A stretch of 64,000 bases of DNA from Lama guanicoe (lineage: Eukaryota). The stretch covers positions 3,969,992-4,033,991 of the forward strand of contig MU053561.1 of NCBI GenBank assembly GCA_013239625.1. The letters run 5' to 3'. The notes beneath the pieces were generated by a model. The model saw only the letters and a list, made by a program, of their open reading frames with translations, was not told where the DNA came from and made no database searches. The position numbers were made by a program, and so were the translations under genes. The first letter of the stretch is position 1. Every line of letters begins with the position of its first letter. Below are positions 26,696 to 38,078 of the stretch, in pieces.

Positions 26696-29260
26696 GAGTA
26701 TGGCACAGACAGGGATTGCTACAGAAGGTTAGGAAAGCAGATTATTGGTGGGATCTAGCATCTGGGGGATGGCTTCCTGGAGGAGGCATGACATGGGCTG
26801 CTTTGCAAGTTTGTGGAGTCCTGCCCCTTCAGCTAAGCTGGCCCCAAATAGAGCAGGGCTTTTGGAGGCTTGGGCTCCTCTGAAGCATGAATGTCCCTGG
26901 GGGCACCTCTTGTAGATTAGAGCCAGCTGTGGACTTTAACATTCAATAGGATGGAGAGCAAAGCCGGAGAACTCAGGGGTCTGAGAGGTGTGACTGAAGA
27001 GAGGAGTCAGGAACGAGAGGCAAGTGGGAAAAAAGCAGAAGCAGGACGGAGAAGTGTGAGCTCAAGTTGGCTCAGCTCAGGAGCAGAGCTCAGTATAAAG
27101 GGGGGGCGGGGGGAGGGCTGGGAGGGAGGAGGAGTCATCTCCAGGGGAAAAAATCTCCGGGCAGCTCATCCTGAAGGGCTGACAGTAGCTCCTGAGAAGT
27201 AACTAGGGGATCTTTTGCTATCAATTTTCTAGGAGCTGAGTGTGATGATTGTGAGTCAGACCTGGGGTGTTAGAAGGCCGGTGAGGGGTAAAGTCAGATC
27301 TTTCATGCAGTCAGGCAGAGTTTGTGTCCTGAATAGACATACTGACCTATAGCTAGTTGGTCCTACATGAAATAATTTTGAAAATCATAATTCCAGGATA
27401 GTCTTGATTTCAAACACTCTGACCCATTGTCAAATGCTGGTCCTGTGCTTCAGTTAAAAAAACTCAATTCCCATAATGCCAAATGTGCCAATATAAAGTC
27501 CGTGTTCAGCACAGGCCAGGGGATGAGTGGGTGTCCCCCCACCCCAGGTCAGCCCCCTGTGCCATCTCACAAAAAGAATGTTGGTGTCCAGTTCTTGAGG
27601 AGGGTGGGTTCAGATCATGGATTATTTTTCCAAGGTCTCAGGATTCCAGCGTTTGTAGCTCATGGAGCCTCCTGTGGAAGGGGAAGGCCTGGTCCCAGAG
27701 ACACAGCTCCGGTCATCCCAGAGTCTCCTCCAAGTGCCACCGTGTGGGCAGGATGTGTGCCACCTTGGGCACTTACTCATAACTCTGGCTCATTTTGCTG
27801 CCTGGATACTTCTGAGGATATGACTACGGGGAATTAGCCGGCCAACACCTTATTTTATTAGTCTGTTAACGTAGGTTTAAAATAATACACCTCAAATGTA
27901 GACAGCTACTCCAACCACCAAAAATATCATTGTGAACATTTACAAGGTCTAAAGAATGAGATAATGGTGATGAAATTTAGATGTGCTGCATTACCCTAAT
28001 GTCTAGTTTAGCCCTGACTCAGTCCAGAGAAATACGAATTTCCCCACAGACGTAGTCTCATAGCCTCCTGGGCCTTGCTGTGCCTCGTAGGGCTAAGGTG
28101 ATGAGTTTATCTGTCACACAGCCTTGACAGTCATCAAACACCCCTGAGCTGACCATCTCTTCCCTGCTGCCTCAGAAAGCTGCTGGCCCTCCACTTGACT
28201 TTTTGGTCACAAAACCTATCTGCCAACTTGTCACTGGGGTCCCCTCCCATCACTGGGTCTCCTTCTTGGTATACAGAGGTTTGATGCTCTCAGACGTCTA
28301 TTCCATCAAAAGGTGACCTCTGACCCTTCATTCATAGTGAGAAATACGTGGCTGACAAGGGCTCAGATGGATGCTTATTCTAGGGGCCAGGGCTCTCAGC
28401 AGCCATCAAATTCCCTTGATCAGAAGGCAGTGAACCACTCACAGACAAAAGAGCAAGCAAAAGGCTGGCCTTGGTCCCTCCTTCCCACCGATAGTGGGAC
28501 TTCAAATACATTACAAAAACTCCCTTTGATTCTCAGTTTCCTGAACTGTAAAATTGGAATAATAATAATAATACTTCCTTTAAAAAGCAGTGATTTAATG
28601 AGAGAATATATGTAGCAGTTAGCACAGTGCTTGGCACATAAAACCTGTTCAACAAACAGAAGTTATTCTCATTATATTATTAAAATCTTGGAAAGTAAAA
28701 TTTCAGACATCAGTCAGTGACTCATGGAAATATTTTGGAGCTTAAGTTCTTCAAAAAGTGAGAGGGAAAGGAAATGGAGTTTAAAACACTGGGAGGAAAT
28801 CCCTAGACAAGGAAGGCAGAAGTTCAGTGTCATGGTGTCACTGTGATTACCGTTCAGTTGTGGGGTGAGCCTCAGTTAAGCCGTCTGTCAAATGGGAGTA
28901 TTAATAAGGTCACTGTGATTATTAAATATAATAATGCTTATAGAACAGTTAATATAGCACCAGGCACATAAGTGTCAAAAAGTTTCACATTCTTGTTGTT
29001 CTGATTGTTGTTATCACAACCTGGCTTCCCCATGCCACTTTCTCTATCAACTCTTTATTCAGGTCAAGCCTCTATATAGACAGGTGCAGCCTGAGCTCCT
29101 AAGGATTATTCCAGGATTTAGGCTGGAGCGGCTCTCCTCCACCTGCAGGGGTCTGTTCCCCCATAGGGCATTTACAGCCAGCTAAAAATCACTCCCACAG
29201 ATTTCTGGGCTTCATTCCTTGCTGCCCCCACGTGGCATCATCATGTGGAAAGGCAACGTC

Positions 29261-31068
29261 TAATTAGGTCCCATTTGTTTATTTTTGCTTTTATTGCTAT
29301 AGCCTAAGTAGACTGCCCTAGGAGAACACTGCTATGATTTATGTCAGAGAATGTTTTGCCTGTATTCTCTTCTAGGAGATTTATGGTGTCCTGTCTTACG
29401 TTTAAGTCTTTAAGCCATTTTGAGTTTATTTTTGGGTGTGGTGTGAGGGAGTGTTCTAACTTCATTGATTTACATGCTGCTGTCCAGCTTTCCCAACACC
29501 ACTTGCAGAAGAGACTGTATTTTCTCCATTGTATATTCTTGTCTCCTTTGTCAAAGATCAGTTGGGTGAGTTTATTTCTGGGCTCTCTATTCTGTTCCAT
29601 TGATCCATATGTCTGGCATCTTGTGCCATTACCATACTGTTTTGATTACTGCAGATCTGTCGTATTATCTAAAGTCTAGGAGGGTTATGCCTCCAGCTTT
29701 ATTCTTTTTCTTCAGTATTGCTCTGGCAATTCTGGGTGTTTTATGATTCCATATAAATTTTAGGATTATTTGTTCTATACTTCTGTGAAAAATATCCTGG
29801 GTAATTTGATAGAGATCACATTTGGGTAGTACACTTCGGGTAGTATGGCCTTTTTAACAACATTAATTCTTCCAACCCATCCATCTTTCCACTTCTTTAA
29901 ATCATCTTTTATTTCCTTTATCAATGTATTATAGTTCTCAGCATGTAAGTCTTTCATCTCTATGGTCAGGTTTAAATTTATAAGTTTTTGCATAGCAAAG
30001 GAGACCATAAACAAAACAAAAAGACAACCTGTGGACTAGGAGAAAATATTTGCAAATGATGGGACTGACAGGGGCTTAACTTACAGAATATACAAACAAT
30101 TGATACAACCCAATAACAAAAAAACCAAACAACTCAATTAAAAAATGGGCAGAAGACCTAAACAGACATCTTTCCAATGAAGACATACAGATGGCCAATA
30201 GGCACTTGAAAAAATACTCAACATTACCAACTGTCAGAGAAATGCAGATCAAAACTACAGTGAGGTTATCACCTCACACCAGTCAGAATGGCCATTGTTA
30301 AAAAGTCCACAAATGATAAATGCTAGAGAGGGTGTAGAGAATGGGGAACCTTCCTATACTATTGGTGGGAATGTAATTTGGTACAGCCACTATAGAAAAC
30401 AGGACGGAGATTCCTTAAAAACTAAAAACAGAGTTACCATACAATCCAGCAGTCCCACTCCTGGGCATATATCTGTTACATATCCAATTGAAAAAGATAC
30501 ATCCACCCCAATGTTCATAGCATCACTATTTACAATAGCCAAGACATGGAAGCAACCTAAATGTACATTGACAGATGACTGGATAAAGAAGCTGTGGTAC
30601 ATATATACAATAGAATACTACTCAGCCATAAAAAATATTAAAATAATGCCATTTGCAGCAACATGGATGGACCTAGAGATTATCATACTAGGTAAAGTAA
30701 GCCAGACAGAGAAAGATAAATATCACATGATATCACTTGTATGTGGAATCTAAAAAAATGATACAAATGAACTGATTTACAAAACAAAAACAGACTCACA
30801 GACATAGAATACAAACTTATGGTTACCAAAGGGGAAAGGGGGTTGGGAGGGATAAATGAAGAGTTTGGGATTAGCAGATACAAACTACTATATGCAAAAT
30901 AGATAAACAACAAGGTCCTACAGAGTAGTGCGATATTGAACTATATTCAATATCTTGTAATAACCTATAATGAAAAAGCACATGTATGTATAACTGAATC
31001 ACTGTGCTGTACACCAGAAACTAACACAAGATTGTAAATCAACTATACTTCAATTAAAAAAAAAAAAA
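29261..31068 (+). mobile_element. 5'-truncated LINE-1 with 5' inversion (ORF2 3' part, 3'UTR and poly-A)
   Basis: 29261-~29972 is antisense L1 ORF2 (ORF 29304..29600, [15 protein letters not shown]...[13 protein letters not shown]). ~29973-31068 is sense L1 with the ORF2 C-terminus (ORF 30295..30753, ...MPFAATWMDLEIIILGKVSQTEKDKYHMISLVCGI*) and an A-tail at 31056-31068. Frameshifts and stops make it non-functional. Confidence 0.93.
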
Positions 31069-31289
31069 GCAGGGTCATGCTATGTACAGACAAGGGACAG
31101 CTCCTTTCCTTTCTTATGAAGAGCCTGGAGGTGGGCCCACCTGGCTATCACCTCTCCTTCCTGGGATGGTCACAAAAGCAAGAGAGCCGTGGACCCTGAA
31201 TGAATGCATGCAGCCATCAGCAAAAGTAAAAGGGGCCCAGAACTTACCTTTTGCCATTGGTCTTGCCAGAAAGTGCTGAATGGGGACAG

Positions 31290-31454
31290 AGAACAGGGAA
31301 ATATACACAAAATGTTATGATAAATCACAGAGAAAAAAATGTGACAATGAGTGTGTATATGTCCATGAATGACTGAAAAATTGTGCTGAACACTGGAATT
31401 TGACACAACACTGTAAAATGATTATGAATCAATAAAAAATGTAAAAAAAAAAAA
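31290..31454 (+). mobile_element. Young L1 3'-end fragment (camelid-type L1 tail)
   Basis: L1 3'UTR-type sequence ending AATAAAAAATGT plus A-tail; a near-identical inverted copy lies at 46877-46983. Confidence 0.85.
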
Positions 31455-32616
31455 TCCCAGAGACAAGGGTCTTCTAGCTTCCTTGGACTCAAGGAGAAGT
31501 AAATTGTAGGTTGCCTCATTTACGGTCAAAGCTACCATGTGCTCCTAAGCAAACATATAAAAATGGAGGAACATTTTGGTCCCAACAAAACTGGGAACTA
31601 AGAGTACCTCTGATTACCAAGGTGAGGTCTGTCTTAAGGAGAACTACTCAGCAGGTGTTCCTGAGTTCTCACTGTGTGCACTGTGCTGTTCTGGGCTTTA
31701 GAGGATGTGAGGAAGTTTAAGGCTGCCCACAAGGGACTTAGGAGCTGATTGGCAGCTCTTCCTTGATTTTAATGCCAATGAAGCATTCAGCCTCTTGGGA
31801 AAAAAAAAATCACTGGGATGAATCTAATACCACAGGGCTGGCTGTCAGAATGATTTTTCTATGACCCGGTGGCCTTGGACATGAAAAGGAAATGAAAACA
31901 TTTCATTATGAGATTTTCTTCTCCCCTTCCTCCTGCTTCTGACGCCTGCCTGTCTACCCTCCACACCACACATCCACACACACACACACACATGTACACG
32001 CCATACGTATCACACATAAAAAGTGGAGATGTTGCTGAAGCAGATGCAAATACTCAAAAACTGTACTACGTTTCTGACTCCAATATCCATAGAATCCTAG
32101 CATTGAAGAAATCATGAGAAATCATGCAGTCTTTATATAGAGAGACAGACATAAATTTTAAAAAGAAGGAAAAAAGCCAAAAAGCTAGCAGGTGAAGTGC
32201 CTTGTCTAAAATCAGGGTTAGCAGCCAAGCCCTACTCAGGTCTCAGTTCATTTCTTTTTTCCCTCTGTCAGCAGCTATTTCATAAGTACCCACTATGTGC
32301 CAGGAGCTGTGCCAGGGACCTGTAATACCAGGTGGATAAAAATTGTGCAAAGTTCCCTCCCTAATGGGGCTTACAGACTCATCAGGAAGACAGTGGCCAA
32401 GAATGCCACAGAGGAATGGGCAATCTCCACTCTGAGAAGTGCTCCATGTGTGAGAGCCACATTGCTGCTAGAGACGGGGTGTTAGGCAGGCAGGGGAGAC
32501 TCCTGTAGGATGGCATGATTCATTTGAGATCTGAAAGGTAGGCCGGAAGAAGAGAAGGAGAGACACTCCCAAGATAAAGGGAAGCCCTCCTTCTTCACCC
32601 AGGAAGACGGTTCCGA

Positions 32617-32798
32617 CAGTGGAGTGCTGGAGCGGGCTTGGACAGGCTCGCACCTGCCCCACCCAAGCTCGCCTTCCCAACTCCACATTCAGTGAGGCCA
32701 CATTGGTAGCTTGAAATTGGCCATGGTGGGAGTATTGACACCCCAAAAAGCAGCAGATGCCCCCTGCTTTGGAGAACCGGTTTTACCAACACACCATG
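32617..32798 (+). mobile_element. MER63-like (hAT-Blackjack) DNA transposon
   Basis: cagtggagtgctggag start, ttggtagcttgaaattggccatggtgggagtatt core, ccaacacacca end. Confidence 0.7.
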
Positions 32799-35700
32799 GA
32801 CTCCATATATGTTCCACCTGCTTCCCAGCGGTGGGCAGCACAGACCCGGCCCTTTAAGCCAAATGCCTTCCCCTTCCTGCAGAGACTCTACCAAGAGCCT
32901 GTTCCCAGAATGGCACTGTCAACAAGTGACTTGGGCTCGGGGCTGTTTATGTCAGACCCTGGGCCATCTGGCTTCTAAGAAAGAAGCCGTTCTTGTGGTC
33001 TTCGTCACCCCCTTGCCATCTAATGATATTTATCAACCGCCCACGCCTGCCCTGCGCTGCATGAGACCGTCGGCCAGGCAGATCTCAAGTCAGGCTCTGA
33101 CCCCTTAGGAATTTGGGGCCTGGCTGAGGCTGCTAGGCTGGCATTGTTCCTCCTTAGAAAACTCGTCCTGCTTAGGGTGCAAGAACCGGGGGGCTGAAAG
33201 CCCTACCAAGGGCATGGGGTTCAGAGACGGCACCACTGCTGTTTCTCCCAGTCTGTTTCTAGGCACAGGAAACACCAGGGGAGCACAGGTCAGACTTCAT
33301 GATGTATACGATTTCGTCAAGTTTTTAAAACAACTGATTCTACTACCCTTGTACCCCTACTGTCACCCCGGTTCTCTAAAGAGATTTGCCAAAAGAAAAA
33401 GTGAGCTTTGAGTTCTTACGAAGATGGGCAGGAAGCGAGGTGGGTGGACATCACAGAGGTGGACGTGCCTTTGTCTCCAGGACGTGGGTGCACCTGTATG
33501 TGTGTGTTTGTGTGTGCTGTTGGCTGTGTGTACAGAATTTGGGGGAACAAACAGTGGCCATGGATGCAGGTGCAGATGAGGCAGTCAGGCAGGGCTGTGA
33601 GAGGGAGCTTCTTGGAGGAAAATGCCCTAGGGTTTTGTTGGGAAAAAAGAGCTGGACGTTCTAGATAATTCCTTCTGATCATCTCCCGGCTCCTGGATGG
33701 GAGCCCATGATGATCACATTTGGCCCATCCTGGGGAGGGCACCCCCTGTGCTATGGAAGAGCAACCATTTATTAGCTTAACCTCTAATCAGATTTAAAAG
33801 CTGGGTGACACCAGCCAACAAGTTCCCCAGCCAGGATTCTCAGTGAGAGCCAGGCATGAACATGCAGCAGTCCTGTGAAGCCACCCAACATTAGCTGCCC
33901 ATAGCTCATTCTAGGCATCTTCCCTTGGGCCGACAGTGAGTCTCCCAAAGGCTTCCCTTAAAAGCAAAATCAAAAGTGACCAGGGCGGCAATACTAACAC
34001 CTAGTCTTGAGTTCACTTCTCAGATTATCAAACTGCACATGCAAGGTACAGGGGCTGTGCTGAGGGAGGAAGGTTCCCCAAAGCGGATGTGGCTGGAGAC
34101 CAGCAGGTGGGCTGCCAGGGTGGTGGGACGTGGTGATGCTGGAGTAGTTGCTGTTTGTAGGTGCTGTGTAGTTAGAGCACGGGGGTGACGATGAAGGAGA
34201 GAGAGTGGCTGGGGATCACAGAAGGTGTGCAGAAGGAGGTTGGCACAGGGTGAGGCGCCCACAGAAATGCAGACAAGAGGTGGGTGGATGTGAAGACAGC
34301 TCCCGGCTACCCTGCCGAGAGGCTACATCCCCTCCTTGTTTCTCCTGACGCTGCCTTGGAGTCCGAGGGCACCTACTTACCTTTCTGGCAATGCGTAGGA
34401 AGTCCAGGGTCCTGGCCCACATCCTGTAAGTCAGTGAGGAAGTCCAGAGCGGAGCCCTGTCCAGCCATCGGCAGCGGGACTGGGCAGCCCCTATTCTCCA
34501 CTGCACTTGCGCAGCTTGTGTTCTGTATCTGGCAACCAGCCAACGGGATGAGTGGGGGCTCTGCTAAGGAAAGGGCCCCTTCCACTAATTCACACAAAGC
34601 CTCCATAGACCTGGCTGCAGCCTGCCCCTGGGAAAGCCCCCTTGGGTCCCAGAAGAGAGACCTCGAGAGACGATGGGAAGCCCAGAGAAGAGGGATGACA
34701 TGTACCGCGGGGACCAGGGAAGAGGCAGCATTTGCAGGAGGGAAAGGTGAAGACAGATGCTATGCACTTAGCAGCATCTCCTAGAGCCAGCCCAGGGTTA
34801 TCTGTTTACTCTGCTGAAACGCACAAGGTCTGAAGATCAAGGGATGTCTTCCCTATTAACATTGAAACAACTAAGCAGTTTATGTTATTATGTGCATTGT
34901 CTAAATATTGTTAAATAAAACATCTTAGTACTGATAATTACCCAGACATTTCCGTGACCACAGGACTCCTGCAAGGGGCAGGGATGCGTTTCCAGTTGGA
35001 CAGTGAGCACCAAGGGTTTACTTTGCTGCCACATAGTCACTTGACTGGGGTCTTCTGACTGCAGTTCCGCTCGGTGGAAGCTCTTTATCAGTCCCAGGTG
35101 AAGAGAGCTCGGATAAAGTGCAAATTATTCTCTGCGGTCAGATCCCGAAGTATGTGGGTGACAAACATAGTGGTATTGTTTCCCTGAGTGAGTCTTGTTT
35201 TCCACATGTGGGAGGAATTCCAGACTTGAGAATTCTGCATCCAGACTTCATAGATTTTTTTTCTAATTGAGACAATACAACTAATGATAAAGAACAATAC
35301 CAGCCTGGGTTGGTTCTAAGCTCCAGAAGGCTCTGGGTCAAAACTTGACCTCCACAGGGACTGGACAGGCTCCAACAGCAACTACTGTCTTCTGCTGTCA
35401 AGCTGGACCACGGGCTCCACGAGACCAACTTTCCGTTGGTTTGTGGGGTGTGGAGACAGAGCAGACGTGCCTGCCTGCTAATGCGCTGTGGGATGGAGCT
35501 GCTCTCTGGGCTTATTGAAATCAGATGCCCAGTCCTTGGAGCTGCCCTGCAACCAGATGCTGCTTCCACGCAAGCGCCATCACATTGGAAAATTACAAGA
35601 GCCATGACTCCATCTCCTCACCCCCATGCAAAACTCCAGTTTTACAGACCGGGCAAGAGAAAGGCCTTCCCTTCTCCATGACACACTCTGAGGGGCATGT

Positions 35701-36480
35701 GTCAAAATAAAGTACTTCCAAATAGCTAAAGTCATATAAAAATTTGAATACCAAAGACAATTCCAGAGGGTGTGCCCTAAATGTTAACATTAGTTATCTC
35801 TGAGTTGTGGGATTGGGATAAAAAAGCACAATGGCATATCTGGAATTGTACATAATTGTTCAAGAAAATTACACTCAATCCTCAAATAATATTCCATTTA
35901 ATATAAATAAATTTTGAGGTTATGGGGAAATCTTTTTCTTCTTACTATGCAGTGCCATTTGAGAAAAATATATTTTAAAATGCTAGTTAGTTAATAAACT
36001 ATTTCAATTGCTCTAAGACTTAAAAGTTGAATCTAAATTGTATTGACTTTGAGATTTTCTAGGTTAAAATTATGTAATCTGAGTAAAACATTGTTAGACT
36101 GAGTTGGTTGGTTGGTTGATTTTTGAGATTTACCTAAGCAAATATATAGACACGGCCTTGGTTTCCTCCTCTGTGCAAAAAACAAACAACTACTCATAGA
36201 GCTACTGTAAGCATTAAGCGAGATAATCTGTTTAAAGTATTTACCACAATACCTGGCACATGGATATTTGATCAGTTTTGGCTCTCATTAGCTATATATA
36301 TATTTTTTTCATTTTCTTTTAAAGATAACATCAATATCTGCAAAAGAATAGGTAGGTGATGAGAAGATATCAATTGTCTCCTTTTCTGAACTTACCTGAA
36401 ATAGGTGAATGTGAAGCAAATATCTAGAGCCCAACTGAAGTTTTATAGCCTCCATCAGGTCTTAGATATCTTCCCAGTTA

Positions 36481-36543
36481 CTCCTGTAAGTAATGCTCCT
36501 ATAAGTAACCTTAGAAATACTCCTATAAGTAATCTTAGAAATA
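36481..36543. repeat. 24-bp tandem duplication (about 2.6 copies)
   Basis: ctcctgtaagtaatg / ctcctataagtaaccttagaaata / ctcctataagtaatcttagaaata. Confidence 0.85.
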
Positions 36544-37049
36544 ATCGGTCCAGATCACTTTACAGATGAGAAGACCAAGCCCGGATGTGTGAGGACTTAC
36601 CCAATGTCACAGAGTGACAAAGACCGGACCAGATCCTAGGTCTCCAACCATTTCCTGACTGTGCATCTCTGTACTCTCACAGATGGTCTCTTGGTTTCTC
36701 TACTGGCTGATGTATAATGATACTGACTCCCCAGTGGTGCCTTACTCCACCCATAATACCACATGGCGCATAGCACAGCCCTGGGTGCATAGCAAGTATT
36801 TGATAAATGGTTTGCTTAATCCAACTCAACAGCAGTCTGTAGTCTCTGATGTGACAGGTGCATGCTGGGCAGTATAAAGGATAGGAGGCTAAATAAGACA
36901 GGGTCTGCTTTCAAGAAGCTTCCAGAGACTGACCAGGGAAGGCACAGAATGGGATGAGGGGGTCTCGGAGTGGGGACACTTGTTTAATTTCATCTACAGA
37001 AGAATGAAGGTCAGAAATTGCATCACACAGTAAACCTCAAGAGTTAATT

Positions 37050-38078
37050 CTCCAAGCTTCTTATCCCAGACAAGCTCCAAATCTCTATGTTTCCAAAATT
37101 TATGTTTACAACTCTTGACTTCTCTCCTTAACTCCAAATTGCTGTATCAACTGTCCACTCAAACTTCCCACTTGTATGTTCAATAGGGATCTCAAATTTA
37201 ACATGTCTGTACCCAAACTCTTGATTCTGTCCTTGAAAACTGTTCTTTCCCCAGTGGTTTCCATCTCAGCAAATCGCAGCTCCATCTTGCTGGATGCTAA
37301 AACCTTGGAGTCATTCTTGATTCTCCTCTTTCTCACTTCTCCACATCACAGTCCATTAGGGAATCCTGTTCACTCTATTCCTTCAGCTTTTACCACTTAC
37401 AGTGTCCTCCCACCTCCCCTACACTGCCATCCTAACCCTGACCATCACCACCTCTTGCTGGGTTAATACAGAGCTGCTCCATTGATTTTCCTGCTTCTGC
37501 TCAGTTAGAGTACTCCTTTTAGAATATGTCAAATCATTTCACCTTTCTGCTCTTCTTCTCTTCAGAATAAGTCCAAAGCCCTCACCAAGGTCCATAATGT
37601 CTTACAAGAACTGACCCATTTGCCTCTCATATCTTATCTTCTGCCGCTCTCCCCAGGGATCACTCTGCCCCAGGCCCACGGGCTTCTTTGCTCTTTTCAG
37701 CCAAGCATGTTCCTGCCTCAGGACCTTTACACTGGCCATACTCTCTGCTTAGATTGTTTCTCCCACATTTCTGCATGGCTCTCTCCCATACTTTATTCAG
37801 ATCTCTTTGTAAACATCACCTCATCGGAAAGACCTTCCTGTCACAAACTAGCACTTCCCCAATTTGTAATTCCTAAAATCTTACCATGCTTTGTTTTTTC
37901 TAGCACCTATCACCAACTGACATTTTGTTGGTTATTTGTTTTCTATCCATCCTCACTAGAATTTAAGCTCCTTAAAGCACAGACCTTTTCCGCCTTGTCC
38001 ACTGCTATATCCCCAAATCTAGAATACTGCCTTGGCGGGTAGAAGGGGCTCTATATATATTTGCTAAACGAGTGAATC
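37050..38078. mobile_element. LINE-2 fragment (~1 kb)
   Basis: atctcaaatttaacatgtc, tttccatctcag, aaaaccttggagtcattcttga, cctgcctcagg motifs and a tail ending tatttgctaaacgagtgaat. Confidence 0.72.

Noticed and set aside
29775..30014. 79-aa ORF spanning the L1 inversion junction
   Set aside because: A chimeric by-product of the inversion; no promoter or splice support.
30295..30753. 152-aa ORF with recognisable protein-like sequence
   Set aside because: It is the C-terminal remnant of L1 ORF2p in a truncated, frameshifted copy, not a host gene.
36481..36543. Short direct repeats that might suggest a CRISPR-like array
   Set aside because: A head-to-tail tandem duplication with no unique spacers, in eukaryotic DNA with no cas genes.
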